Positions 1 to 14,750 of a DNA stretch of 64,000 nucleotides are shown piece by piece. Position 1 is the stretch's first letter. Each line of letters begins with the position of its first letter. The notes under the pieces are model-generated. The model was not told the origin of the DNA and made no database searches. It saw only the letters and a program-made list of their open reading frames with translations. The position numbers and the translations under genes are program-made. Location: NCBI RefSeq assembly GCF_009914755.1, contig NC_060933.1. One strand, given 5' to 3'. The DNA is from the human T2T-CHM13v2.0 reference genome, Homo sapiens.

Positions 1-3000
1 GTACAATGGAACGGAATGGAATGGAATGGAATGGAATGGAATGGAATGGAATGGAATGGAATGGAATGGAATCAACCCGAGTGCAATGGAATAGAGAGGA
101 ATGGAATGGAATGGGATGGAAACTACCCGAATGGAATGGAATGTAATGGAGTGTAAGGGAATTGAATAGAATCAATCCGAATGGAATGGAATGGAATGGA
201 ACGGAATGTAATGGAATGGAATGGAATGGAATCAACCCGAGTGCAGGGGAATGTAATGGAATGGAATGCAATGGAATGGAATCATCCGGAATGGAATGGA
301 ATGGAATGCAATGGAATGGAATCAACCCGAGTACAATGGAATGGAATGGAATGGAATGGAATGGAATGGAATGGAATGGAATGTCTTCAAACCGAATGGA
401 ATGGAAAGGAATGTAATCAACACGAGTGGAATGGAATGGAATGGAATGGAATGGAATGGAATGATACGGAATAGAATGGAATGGAACGAAATGGAATCGA
501 ATGGAATGGAATGGAATGGAATGGAATGGAATCGTTCCGAGTGGAATAGGAGGGAATGTATTCGAGAGGAATGGAAAGGAATGGAATCAGCAGAGAGGAA
601 TGGAAGGGAATGGAATGGAATGGAAACTAATAGAATGGAATCAACCCGAGTGGAATGGAATGGAAAGGACTAGAATGGAATGGAATGGAATGGAATGGAA
701 TCAACTCGATTGTAATGGAATGGAATGGAATGGAATGGAATGGAATGGAATGGAATGGAATGGAATTAACCCGAATACAATGGAATGGAATGGAATGCAA
801 CGGAATGGAGTGGAATGGAATGGAATCAACCCGAGTGCAGGGGAATGCAATGGAATGGAATGCAATGGAATGGAGTCATCCGGAATGGAATGGAATGGAA
901 TGGAATGCAAAGCAATGGAATCAACTCGATTTCAATGGAATGGAATGGAATGGAAAGGAATACATTGGAATCAACCCGAGTGGAATGGAATGGAAAGGAC
1001 TGGAATGGAGTGGAATGGAATGGAATGGAATGGAATGGAATCAACTCGATTGGAATGGAATGGAATGGAATGGAATGGAATGGAATGGAATTAACCCGAA
1101 TAGAATGGAATGGAATGGAATGGAACGGAACGGAACGGAATGGAATGGAATGGAATGGAATGGAATGGAATAGAATCAACCAGACTGCAGGGGAATGGAA
1201 TGGAATGGAATGCAATGGAATGGATTCAACTTGAATGGAATGGAAAGAATGGAATCAACACGAGTGGAATGGCATGGATTGGAATGGAATGGAATGGAAT
1301 CAACCCGAGTACAGGGGAATGGAATGGAATGGAATGCAATGGAGTGGAATCATCCGTAATGGAATGGAAAGGAATGGAATGGAATGGAATGGAATGGAAT
1401 GGAATCAACTCGATTGCAATCGAATGGAATGGAATGGAATTAACCCAAATAGAATGGAATGGAATGGAATGGAATGGAATGGAATGGAATGCCTTTAAAC
1501 CGAATGGAATGGAAAGGAATGGAATCAACACGAGTGGAATGGAATGGAATGGAATGGAATGGAATGGAATGGAATGATACGGAATAGAATGGAATGCGAC
1601 GAAATGGAATGGAATGGAATGGAATGCAATGGAATGGAATCGTTCCGAGTGGAATAGGAGGGAATGTATTCGAGTGGAATGGAAAGGAATGGAATCAACC
1701 AGAGTGGAATGGAAGCGAATGGAATGGAATGGAAACTAATAGAATGGAATCAACCCGAGTGGAATGGAATGGAAAGGACTGGAATGGAAAGGAATGGAAT
1801 GGAATGGAATGGAATGGAATGGAATGGAATGGAATGGAATGGAATCAACGCGAGTGCAGGGGAATGGAATGGAATCGAATGGAATGGAATGGAATGGAAT
1901 GGAATCAACCCGAGTGCAGGGGAATGTAATGGAACGGAATGCAATGGAATGGAATCATCCGGAATGGAATGGAATGGAATGGAATCAACCCGAGTGCAAT
2001 GGAATGGAGTGGAATGGAATGGAATGGAATGGAACAACACGAATGTAATGGAATGTAATGGAGAGTAAGGGAGTTGAAAAGAATCAATCCGAATGTAATG
2101 GAATGGAATGGAACGGAATGGAATGGAATGGAATGGAATGGAATGCAATGGAATGGAATCAACCCGAGTACAATGGAACGGAATGGAATGTAATGTAATG
2201 TAATGGAATGGAATGGAATGGAATGGAATGGAATCAACCCGAGTTCAATGGAATGGAGAGGAATGGAATGGAATGGAATGGAAACTACCCGAATGGAATG
2301 GAATGTATTGGAGTGTATGGGAATTGAATAGAATCAATCCGAAAGGAATGGAATGGAATGGAATGGAATGCAATGGAATGGAATCAATCCGAGTGCAATC
2401 GAATGGAATCGAATGGAATGGAATGCAATGGAATGGATTCAACTTCAATGGAATGCAAAGAATGGAATCAACACGAGTGGAATGGCATAGATTGGAATAG
2501 AATGGAATGCAATCAAGCCGAGTACAGTGGAATGGAATGGAATGGAATGCAATGGAAAGGAATCATCCGTAATGGAATGGAAAGGAATGGAATGGAATGG
2601 AATGCAATGGAATGGAATCAACTCGATTGCAATCGAATGGAATGGAATGGAATTAACCCGAATAGAGAGGAATGGAATGGAATGGAACGGAACGGAACGG
2701 AATGGAATGGAATGGAATGGAATGGAATTGAATCAACCCGACTGCAGATGAATGGAATGGAATGGAATGGAATGCAATGGAATGGATTCAACTTGAATGG
2801 AATGGAAAGAATGGAATCAACACGAGTGGAATGGCATGGATTGGAATGGAATGGAATGGATCAACCCGAGTACAGGGGAATGGAATGGAATGGAATGCAA
2901 TGGAATGGAATCATCCGTAATGGAATGGAAAGGAATGGAATGGAATGGAATGGAATGGAATGGAATGGAATGGAATGGAATGGAATGGAATGGAATCAAC

Positions 3001-4149
3001 TCGATTGCAATCGAATGGAATGGAATGGAATTAACCCGAATAGAATGGAATGGAATGGAATGGAACGGAATGGAATGGAATGGAATGGAATGGAATGGAA
3101 TGGAATGGAACGGAACGGAACGGAATGGATGGAATGGAATGGAATGGAATGGAATGGAATCAACGCGAGTGCAGGGGAATGGAATGGAAAAGAATGCAAT
3201 GGAATGGAATCTTCGGGAATGGAATGGAATGGAATGGAATGGAATGGAATGAAATGCAATTGATTCAACTCGACTGCAATGGAATGGAATAGAATGGAAT
3301 AGAATGGAATGGAATGGAATGGAATGGACCCGAATAGAATGGAATGGAATGGAATGGAACGGAATGGAACGGAATGGAATGGAATGGAATGGAATGGAAT
3401 GGTATGGAATGGAATGGAATGGTACGGAATAGAATGGAATGGAACGAATTGTAATGGAATGGAATTGAATGGAATGGAATGGAATGGAATGGAATCAACG
3501 CGAGTGCAGGGGAATGTAATGGAACGGAATGCAATGGAATGGAATCATCCGGAATGGAATGGAATGGAATGGAATGGAATGGAATGGAATGGAATCAACC
3601 CGAGTGCAATGGAATGGAGTGGAATGGAATGGAATGGAATGGAACAACCCAAATGGAATGGAATGTAATGGAGAGTAAGGGAGTTTAATAGAATCAATCC
3701 GAAAGTAATGGAATGGAATGCAACGGAATGGAATGGAATGGAATGGAATGCAATGGAATGGAATCAACCGGAGTACAATGGAATGGAATGGAATGGAATG
3801 GAATGGAATGCCTTCAAACCGAATGGAATGGAAAGGAATGCAATCAACACGAGTGGAATGGAATGGAATGGAATGGAATGGAATGGAATGGAATGGAACG
3901 ATACGGAATAGAATGGAATGGAACGAAATGGAATGGAATGGAATGGAATGGAATCGTTCCGAGTGGAATAGGAGGGAATGTATTCGAGTGGAATGGAAAG
4001 GAATGGAATCAACCAGAGTGGAATGGAAGGGAATGGAATGGAATGGAAACTAATAGAATGGAATCAACCCGAGTGGAATGGAATGGAAAAGACTGGAATG
4101 GAAAGGAATAGAATGGAATGGAATGGAATGGAATGGAATGGAATGGAAT

Positions 4150-7000
4150 GGAATGGAATCAACGCGAGTTCAGGGGAATGGAATGGAATGGAATGCTATG
4201 GAATGGAATCTTCCGGAATGGAATGGAATTGAATGGAATGGAATGGAATAAACCCGAGTGTAATGGAATGGAGTGGAATGGAATGGAATGGAATGGAACA
4301 ACCCGAATGGAATGGAATGTAATGGAGACTAAGGGAGTTGAATAGAATCAATCCGAATGTAATGGAATGGAATGGAACGGAATGCAATTGAATGGAATGG
4401 AATGGAATGCAATGGAATGGAATCAACCCGAGTGCAATGGAATGGAGAGGAATGGAATGGAAACTACCCGAATGGAATGGAATGTAATGAAGTGTAAGGG
4501 AATTGAATAGAATCAATCCGAATGTAATGGAATGGAAAGGAACGGAATGGAATGGAATGGAAAGGAATGGAATGGAATGGAATGGAATGCAATGGAATGG
4601 AATCAACCCGAGTGCAACCGAATGGAATCGAATGGAATGGAATGCAATGGAATGGATTCAACTTGAATGGAATGCAAAGAATGGAATCAACACGAGTGGA
4701 AGGGCATGGATTGGAATGCAATGGAATGGAATCAACCCGAGTACAGGGGAATGGAATGGAATGGAATGCAATGGAATGGAATCATCCGTAATGGAATGGA
4801 AAGGAATGGAATGGAATGCAATGGAATGGAATGGAATGGAATGGAATCAACACGATTGCAATCGAATGGAATGGAATGGAATTAACCCGAATAGAATGGA
4901 ATGGAATGGAATGGAACGGAACGGAACGGAATGGAATGGAATGGAATGGAATGGAACGGAATGGAACGGAATGGAACGGAATGGAATGGAATGGAATGGA
5001 ATGGAATGGAATGGAATCAACGAGAGTGCAGGGGAATGGAATGGAATGGAATGCAATGGAATGGAATCTTCCGGAATGGAATGGAATGGAATGGAATGGA
5101 ATGAAATGCAACGGATTCAACTCGATTGCAATGGAATGGAATAGAATGGAATGGAATGGAATGGAATGGAATAAACCAGAATAGAATGGAATGGAATGGA
5201 ATGGAACGGAATGGAACGGAATGGAATGGAATGGAATGGAATGGTATGGAATGGAATGGAATGGTACGGAATAGAATGGAATGGAACGAATTGTAATGGA
5301 ATGGAATTGAATGGAATGGAATGGAATGGAATGGAATCAACACGAGTGCAGGGGAATGTAATGGAACGGAATGCAATGGAATGGAATCATCCGGAATGGA
5401 ATGGAATGGAATGGAATGGAATGGAATCAACCCGAGTGCAATGGAATGGAGTGGAATGGAATGGAACGGAATGGAACAACCCGAATGGAATGGAATGTAA
5501 TGGAGAGTAAGGGAGTTGAATAGAATCAATCCGAATGTAATGGAATGGAATGCAACGGAATGGAATGGAATGGAATGGAATGGAATGGAATGGAATGGAA
5601 TGGAATGCAAAGAATGGAATCAACCCGAGTGGAATGGCATGGAATAGAATGCAATGGAATGGAATGGAATGGAATCAACTCGAGTGGAAAGGAATGGAAT
5701 GGAATGGAAAGGAATGGAATGAAATCAACTCGAGTGAAATGGAATGGAATGGAATAGATTGGAATGGATTGCAACGGAATGAAATGGAATGGAATGGAAT
5801 GGAATCAATCATTCCGAGTGGAATGGAAGGGAATGTAATGGAGTGGAAAGAAGGGAATGGAATCAACCCGATTGGAATGCAAGGCAATGGAATGGAATGG
5901 AAAGGAATGGAATTGAATCAACTCGATTGCAATGGAATGGAATGGAATGGAATGGAATTGAATGGAATTAACCGGAATAGAATGGAATGCAATGGAATGG
6001 AACAGAATGGAATGGAATGGAAGGTAATGGAATCAACACGAGTGCAGGGGAATGGAATGGAATGGAATGCAATGGAATGGAATCATCCGGAATGGAATGG
6101 AATGGAATGGAATCAACTCCATTGCAATGGAATGGAATGGAATGGAATGGAATAGAATGGAATGGAATTAACACGAATAGAATGGAATGCAATAGAATGG
6201 AATGGAACGGAACCGAATGGAGTGGAATGGAATGCAATGGAATCAACCTGACTGCAGGGGAATGGAATGGAATGGAATGCAATGGAATGGAATCATCCGG
6301 AATGGAATGGAATGGAATGGAATGGAAACAAACCGAGTGCAATGGAATGGAGTGAAATGGAATGGAATGGAATGGAAACAACCAGAATGGATTGGAATAT
6401 AATGGAGTGTAAGGGAATTGAATAGAATCAATCTGAATGTAATGAAATGGAATTGAACGGAATGGAATGGAATGGAATCGAATCGAATGGAATGGAATGG
6501 AATGGAATCAACCCGAGTGCAATTGAATGGATTCGAATGGAATGGAATGGAGTGGATTGGATTCAACCCGAATGGAATGGAAAGGAATGGAATCAACCCG
6601 AGTGGAATGGCATGGAATGGAAAGGAATGGAATGGAATTGAATGGAAAGGAATGGTTCGGAATAGAATGGATTGGAACAAAATGGAATGGAATGTAATGG
6701 AATGGAATGTAATGGAATGGAATGGAATGGAATCAAGTCGATTGCAATGGAATAGAATGGAATGGAATGGAACGGATTGGAATGGAATGGAATGGAATGG
6801 AATGGAATTAAATGGAATGGAATGGAATGGAATCAACCCGAGTGTAGGGGAAAGGAATGGAATGGAATGCAATGGAATGGAATGGAATGGAATGGAATGG
6901 AATGGAATGTAATGGAATCAACCCGAGTGGAATGGCATGGAATGGAATGCAATGGAATGGAATGGAATGGAATCAACTCGAGTGGAAAGGAATGGAATGG
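4150..7000 (+). repeat. Dispersed direct repeat block, copy 1 (copy 2 at ~16630-19450, offset ~12.47-12.49 kb)
   Basis: Shared rare variants in the same order: GGAGACTAAGGG (4324/16815), CAATCATTCC cassette (5806/18278), GGAAGGTAATGG, CAACCTGACTGC, GGAGTGGATTGG, GGTTCGG, GGAACAAAATGG, CAAGTCG, GGAATTAAATGG. ORFs 5675..5887 and 18147..18359 are offset 12,472. Boundaries approximate. Confidence 0.8.
4205..4219 (+). promoter_or_regulatory. Representative perfect heat-shock-element match nGAAn-nTTCn-nGAAn (GGAATCTTCCGGAAT); recurs throughout both arms; function untested
   Basis: gGAAt cTTCc gGAAt fits the HSF1 consensus of three alternating nGAAn units. HSF1 association with satellite III is established, but occupancy at this site is not shown by sequence. 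Confidence 0.45.
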
Positions 7001-10000
7001 AATGGAAAGGAATGGAATGAAATCAACTCGAGTGGAATGGAATGGAATGGAATGGAATGAAATGAAATGCAATGGATTCAACTCGATTGCAATGGAATGG
7101 AATAGAATGGAATGGAATGGAATGGAATGGAATTAACACGAATAGAATGGAATGGAATGCAATGGAACGGAATGGAACGGAATGGAATGGAATGGAATGG
7201 AATGGAATGGTATGGAATGGAATGGAATGGTACGGAATAGAATGGAATGGAACGAATTGTAATGGAATGGAATTGAATGGAATGGAATGGAATCAACGCG
7301 AGTGCAGGGGAATGTAATGGAACGGAATGCAATGGAATGGAGTCATCCGGAATGGAATGGAATGGAATGGAATGGAATCAACCCTAGTGCAATGGAATGG
7401 AGTGGAATGGAATGGAATGGAATGGAACAACCCGAATGGAATGGAATGTAATGGAGAGTAAGGGAGTTGAAAAGAATCAATCCGAATGTAATGGAATGGA
7501 ATGCAACGGAATGGAATGGAATGGAATGGAATGGAATGCAATGGAATGGAATCAACCCGAGTACAATGGAATGGAATGGAATGGAATGGAATGGAATGGA
7601 ATGGAATGGAATGGAATGGAATGGAATGCTTTCAAACCGAATGGAATGGAAAGGAATGGAATAAACACGAGTGGAATGGAATGGAATGGAATGGAATGGA
7701 ACGTAAAGGAATGGAATGGAATGGAATGGAATGGAATGGAATGGAATGGAATGGAATCAACGCGAGTGCAGGGGAATGGAATGGAATGGAATGCAATGGA
7801 ATGGAATTTTCCGGAATGGAATGGAATGGAATGGAATGGAATGGAATGGAATGGAATAAACCCGAGTGCAATGGAATGGAGTGGAATGGAATGGAATGGA
7901 ATGGAACAACCCGAATGGAATGGAATGTAATGGAGAGTAAGGGAGTTGAATAGAATCAATCCGAATGTAATGGAATGGAATGGAACGGAATGGAATTGAA
8001 TGGAATGGAATGGAATGCAATGGAATGGAATCAACCCGAGTGCAATGGAATGGAGAGGAATGGAATGGAATGGAATGGAAACTACCTGAATGGAATGGAA
8101 TGTAATGGAGTGTAAGGGAATTGAATAGAATCAATCCGAATGTAATGGAATGGAATGGAACGGAATGGATTGGAATGGAATGGAATGGAATGGAATGGAA
8201 TGCAATGGAATGGAATCAACCCGAGTGCAATCGAATGGAATCGAATGGAATGGAATGCAATGGAATGGATTCAACTTGAATGGAATGGAAAGAATGGAAT
8301 CAACACGAGTGCAAGGGCATGGATTGGAATGCAATGGAATGGAATCAACCCGAGTACAGGGGAATGGTATGGAATGGAATGCAATGGAATGGAATCATCC
8401 GTAATGGAATGGAAAGGAATGGAATGGAATGGAATGGAACGGAATGGAATGGAATGGAATCAACACGATTGCAATCGAATGGAATGGAAAGGAATTAACC
8501 CTAATAGAATGGAATGGACTGGAATGGAACGGAACGGAATGGAATGGAATGGAATGGAATGGAATGGAATGGAATGGAATGGAATTCACCCGAATAGAAT
8601 GGAATGGAATGGAATGGAAAGGAATGGAAGGAAGGAAATGGAATGTAATCAACCCGAGTGCAGGGGAATGGAATGGAATGGAATGCAATGGAATGGAATC
8701 ATCCGGAATGGAATGGAATGGAATGGAATGGAATGGTATCAACCCGAGTGCAGGGGAATGTAATTTAACGGAATGCAATGGAATGGAATCATCCGGAATG
8801 GAATGGAAAGGAATGGAATGCAAAACAATGGAATCAAGTCGATTGCAATGGAATGGAATGGAATGGAAATGAATAGAATGGAATCAACCCGAGTGGAATG
8901 GAATGGAAAGGACTGGAATGGAATGGAATGGAATGGAATGGAATGGAATGGAATCAACTCGATTGGAATGGAATGGAATGGAATGGAATGGAATGGAATG
9001 GAATGGAATTAACCCGAATACAATGGAACGGAATGAAATGGAATGAAACGGAATGGAGTGGAATGGAATGGAATCAACCCGAGTGCAAGGGAATGGAATG
9101 GAAAGGAATGCAATGGAATGGAATCATCCGGAATGGAATGGAATGGAATGGAATGCAAAGCAATGGAATCAACTCGATTGCAATGGAATGGAATGGAATG
9201 GAAAGGAATAGAATGGAATCAACCCGAGTGTAATGGAATGGAAAGGACTGGAATGGAGTGGAATGGAATGGAATGGAATGGAATGGAATCAACTCGATTG
9301 GAATGGAATGGAATGGAATGGAATGGAATTAACCCGAATAGAATGGAATGGAATGGAATGGAACGGAATGGAATGGAATGGAATGGAATGGAATGGAATG
9401 GAATGGAATGGAATCAACCCAACTGCAGGGGAATGGAATGGAATGGAATGGAATGGAATCATCCGGAACGGAATGGAATGGAATGGAATGGAATCAACTC
9501 GATTGCAATGGAATGGAATGGAATGGAATGGAATCGAAAGGAATGGAATGGAATTAACCAGAATAGAATGGAATGGAATGGAATGGAACGGAATGGAATG
9601 AAATGGAATGGAATGGAATGGAATCAACCCGAGTGCAGGGGAATGGAATGGAATGGAATGCAATGGAATGGAATCACCCGGAATGGAATGGAATGGAATG
9701 GAATGGAATGGAATGGAATGGTATCAACCCGAGTGCAGGGGAATGTAATGGAACGGAATGCAATGGAATGGAATCATCCGGAATGGAATCGAATGGAATG
9801 GAATGGAATGGAATCAACCCGAGTGCAATGGAATGGAGTCGAATGGAATGGAATGGAATGGAACAACCCGAATGGAATGGAATGTAATGGAGAGTAAGGG
9901 AGTTGAATAGAATCAATCCGAATGTAATGGAATGGAATGCAACGGAATGGAATGGAATGGAATGCAATGGAATGGAATGGAATGGAATGCAAAGGAATGG

Positions 10001-11379
10001 AATCAACCCGAGTGGAATGGCATGGAAAGGATTGCAATGGATTGGAATGGAATGGAATCAACTCGAGTGGAAAGGAATGGAATGGAATGGAAAGGAATGG
10101 AATGAAGTCAACTCGAGTGGAATGGAATGGAATGGAATGGATTGGAATGGAATCGCTCCGAGTGGCATAGGAGGGAATGTATTCGAGTGGAATGGAAAGG
10201 AATGGAATCAACCAGAGTGGAATGGAAGGGAATGGAATGGAAGGGAAACTAATAGAATGGAATCAACCCAAGTGGAATGGAATGGAAAGGACTGGAATGG
10301 AATGGAATGGAATGGAATGGAATGGAATGGAATCAACTCGATTGTAATGGAATGGAATGGAATGGAATGGAATGGAATGGAATGGAATTAACCCGAATAA
10401 AATGGAATGGAATGGAATGGAACGGAATGGAGTGGAATGGAATGGAATCAACCGGAATGCAGGGGAATGGAATGGAATGGAATGCAATGGAATGGAATCT
10501 TCCGGAATGGAATGGAATGGAATGGAATGGAATGAAATGCAATGGATTCAACTCGATTGCAATGGAATGGAATAGAATGGAATGGAATGGAATTGAATGG
10601 AATTAATTCGAATAGAATGGAATGGAATGGAATGGAACGGAATGGAATGGAATGGAATGGAATGGAATGGTATGGAATGGAATGGAATGGTACGGAATAG
10701 AATGGAATGGAACGAATTGTAATGGAATGGAATTGAAAGGAATGGAATGGAATGGAATGGAATCAACGCGAGTACAGGGGAATGTAATGGAACGGAATGC
10801 AATGGAATGGAATCATCCGGAATGGAATGGAATGGAATGGAATGGAATGGAATAAACCCGAGTGCAATGGAATGGAGTGGAATGGAATGGAATGGAATGG
10901 AACAACCCGAATGGAATGGAATGAAATGGAGAGTAAGGGAGTTGAATAGAATAAATCCGAATGGAATGGAATGGAATGGAACGGAATGGAACGGAATGGA
11001 ATGGAACGGAATGGAATGGAATGGTATGGAATGGAATGGAATGGTACGGAATAGAATGGAATGGAACGAATTGTAATGGAATGGAATTGAATGGAATGGA
11101 ATGGAATGGAATGGAATGGAATGGAATCAACGCGAGTGCAGGGGAATGTAATGGAACGGAATGAAACGGAATGGAATCATCCAGAATGGAATGGAGTGGA
11201 ATGGAATGGAAGGGTATGGAATCAACTCGATTGGAATGGAATGGAATGGAATGGAATGGAATAGAATGGAATGGAATTAACCGAAATAGAATGGAATGGA
11301 ATGGAATGGAACGGAACGGAATGGAATGGAATGGAATGGAATGGAATGGAATGGAATCAACCAGACTGCAGGGGAATGG

Positions 11380-12500
11380 AATGGAATGGAATGGAATGGA
11401 ATGGAATCATCCGGAACGGAATGGAATGGAATGGAATGGAATCAACTCGATTGCAATGGAATGGAATGGAATGGAATGGAATGGAATGGAATGGAATGGA
11501 ATGGAATTCACCCGAATAGAATGGAATGGAATTGAATGGAAAGGAATGGAAGGGAAGGAAATGGAATGTAATCAACCCGAGTGCAGGGGAATGGAATGGA
11601 ATGGAATGGAATGGAATGGAATCATCCGGAATGGAATGGAATGGAATGGAATGGAATGGAATGGAATGGTATCAACCCGAGTGCAGGGGAATGTAATGGA
11701 ACGGAATGCAATGGAATGGAATCATCCGGAATGGAATGGAATGGAATGGAATGGAATGGAATGGAATCAACCCGAGTGCAATGGAATGGAGTGGAATGGA
11801 ATGGAATAGAATGGAACAACCCGAATGGAATGGAATGTAATGGAGAGTAAGGGAGTTGAATAGAATCAATCCGAATGTAATGGAATCGAATGCAACGGAA
11901 TGGAATGGAATGGAATGCAATGGAATGGAATGGAATGGAATGCACAGGCATGGAATCAACCCGAGTGAAATGGCATGGAATGGATTGCAATGGATTGGAA
12001 TGTAATGGAATCAACTCGAGTGGAAAGGAATGGAATGGAATGGAAAGGAATGGAATGAAGTCAACTCGAGTGGAATGGAATGGAATGGAATGGATTGGAA
12101 TGGATTGCAATGGAATGAAATGGAATGGAATGGAATGGAATCAATCATTCCGAGTGGAATGGAAGGGAATGTAATGGAGTAGAAAGAAGGGAATGGAATC
12201 AACCCGAGTGGAATGCAAGGCAATGGAATGGAATGGAAAGGAATGGAATGGAATCAACCCGATTGCAATGGAATGGAATGGAATTGAATGGAATGGAATG
12301 GAATGGAATGGAATGGAATTAACCGGAATCGAATGGAATGGAATGGAATGGAACGGAATGGAATGGAATGGAAGGGAATGGAATCAACACGAGTGCAGGG
12401 GAATGGAATGGAATGGAATGCAATGGAATGGAATCATCCGGAATGGAATGGAATGGAATGGAATAAACTCCATTGCAATGGAATGGAATGGAATGGAATG
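11380..12500 (+). repeat. Dispersed direct repeat block (partner at ~23320-24420, offset ~11.94 kb)
   Basis: Shared GGAATTCACCCG, GGAATGTAATCAACC, GGTATCAACC, GGATTGCAATGGATTGG, GAAGTCAACTCG and CAATCATTCC (12142/24081). ORFs 12011..12223 and 23950..24162 are offset 11,939. Confidence 0.75.
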
Positions 12501-14610
12501 GAATAGAATGGAATGGAATTAACCCGAATAGAATGGAATGCAATAGAATGGAATGCAACGGAACCGAATGGAGTGGAATGGAATGGAATGGAATCAACCC
12601 GAGTACAGAGGAATGGAATGGAATGGAAAGCAATGGAATGGAGTCATCCGTAATGGAATGGAAAGGAATGGAATGGAATGGAATGGAATGGAATGGAATG
12701 GAATGGAATGGAATCAACTCGATGGCAATCGAATGGAATGGAATGGAATTAACCCGAATAGAATGGAATGGAATGGAATGGAACGGAACGGAACAGAATG
12801 GAATGGAATGGAATGGAATGGAACGGAACGGAATGGAATGGAATGGAATGGAATGGAATCAACGCGAGTGCAGGGGAATGGAATGGAATGGAATGTAATG
12901 GAATGGAATCTTCCGGAATGGAATGGAATGGAATGGAATGGAATGAAAGGCAATGGATTCAACTCGATTGCAATGGAATGGAATAGAATGGAATGGAATT
13001 GAATGGAATGGAATGGAATTGAATGGAATGGAATGCCTTCAAACCGAATGGAATGGAAAGGAATGGAATCAACACGAGTGGAAAGGAATGGAATGGAAAG
13101 GAATGGAATGGAATGGAATGGTACGGAATAGAATGGAATGGAACGAACTGGAATGGAATGGAATGGAATGGAATGGAATGGAATAGAATGGAATGGAATC
13201 GTTCCGAGTGGAATAGGAGGGAATGTGTTCGAGTGGAATGGAAAGGAATGGAATCAACCAGAGTGGAATGGAAGGGAATGGAATGGAATGGAAACTAATA
13301 GAATGGAATCAACCCGAGTGGAATGGAATGGAAAGGACTGGAATGGAATGGAATGCAATGGAATTGAATGGAATGGAATCAACTCGATTGTAATGGAATG
13401 GAATGGAATGGAATGGAATGGAATTAACCCGAATACAATGGAATGGAATGGAATGGAACGGAATGGAGTGGAATGGAATGGAATCAACACGATTGCAGGG
13501 GAATGGAATGGAATGGAATGCAATGGAATGGAATCATCCGGAATGGAATGGAATGGAATGGAATGCAAAGCAATGGAATCAACTCGATTGCAATGGAATG
13601 GAATGGAATGGAAAGGAATAGAATGGAATCAACCCGAGTGTAATGGAATGGAAAGGACTGGAATGGAGTGGAATGGAATGGAATGGAATGGAATGGAATC
13701 AACTCGATTGGAATGGAATGGAATGGAATGGAATGGAATGGAATGGAATGGAATTAACCCGAATAGAATGGAATGGAATGGAATGGAACGGAATGGAATG
13801 GAATGGAATGGAATGGAATGGAATGGAATCAACCCGACTGCAGGGGAATGGAATGGAATGGAATGGAATGGAATGGAATGGAATCATCCGGAATGGAATG
13901 GAATGGAAAGAAATGGAATGGAATTGAATGGAATCAACCCGAGTGCAATGGAATGTAATTGAATGGAATGGAATGCAATGGAATGGATTCAACTTGAATG
14001 GAATGGAAAGAATGGAATCAACACGAGTGGAATGGCATGGATTGGAATGGAATGGAATGGAATCAACCCGACTATAGGGGAATGGAATGGTATGGAATGC
14101 AATGGAATAGAATCATCCGTAATGGAATGGAAAGGAATGGAATGGAATGGAATGGAATGGAATGTAATCAACTCGATTGCAATCGAATGGAATGGAATGG
14201 AATTAACCCGAATAGAATGGAATGGAATGGAATGGAACGGAACGGAATGGAATGGAATGGAATGGAATGGAATGGAATCAACGCGAGTGCAGGGGAATGG
14301 AATGGAATGGAATGCAATGGAATGGAATCTTCCTGAATGGAATGGAATGGAATGGAATGGAATGAAATGAAATGGATTCAACTCGATTGCAATGGAATGG
14401 AATAGAATGGAATGGAATGGAATTGAATGGAATTAATTCGAATAGAATGGAATGGAATGGAATGGAACGGAATGGAACGGAATGGAATGGAATGGAATGG
14501 AATGGAATGGAATGGTATGGAATGGAATGGAATGGTACGGAATAGAATGGAATGGAACGAATTGTAATGGAATGGAATTGAAAGGAATGGAATGGAATGG
14601 AATGGAATCA

Positions 14611-14750
14611 ACGCGAGTGCAGGGGAATGGAATGGAATCGAATGGAACGGAAATGAATGGAATGGAATAAATCCGAGTACAGGGGAATGGAATGGAATCG
14701 AATGGAACGGAAAGGAATGGAATGGAAACAACCCGAGTGCAGGGGAATGT
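14611..14750 (+). repeat. Local tandem repeat, 60-bp period, ~2.3 copies
   Basis: CGAGT(G/A)CAGGGG at ~14614, ~14674 and ~14734. The first two copies both continue AATGGAATGGAATCGAATGGAACGGAAA. Confidence 0.8.

Noticed and set aside
531-580. ATCGTTCCGAGTGGAATAGGAGGGAATGTATTCGAG cassette as a foreign insertion or ribosome-binding site (AGGAGG)
   Set aside because: It stays in pentamer register, recurs about 13 times in both arms and reads as decayed GGAAT units. There is no prokaryotic gene context.
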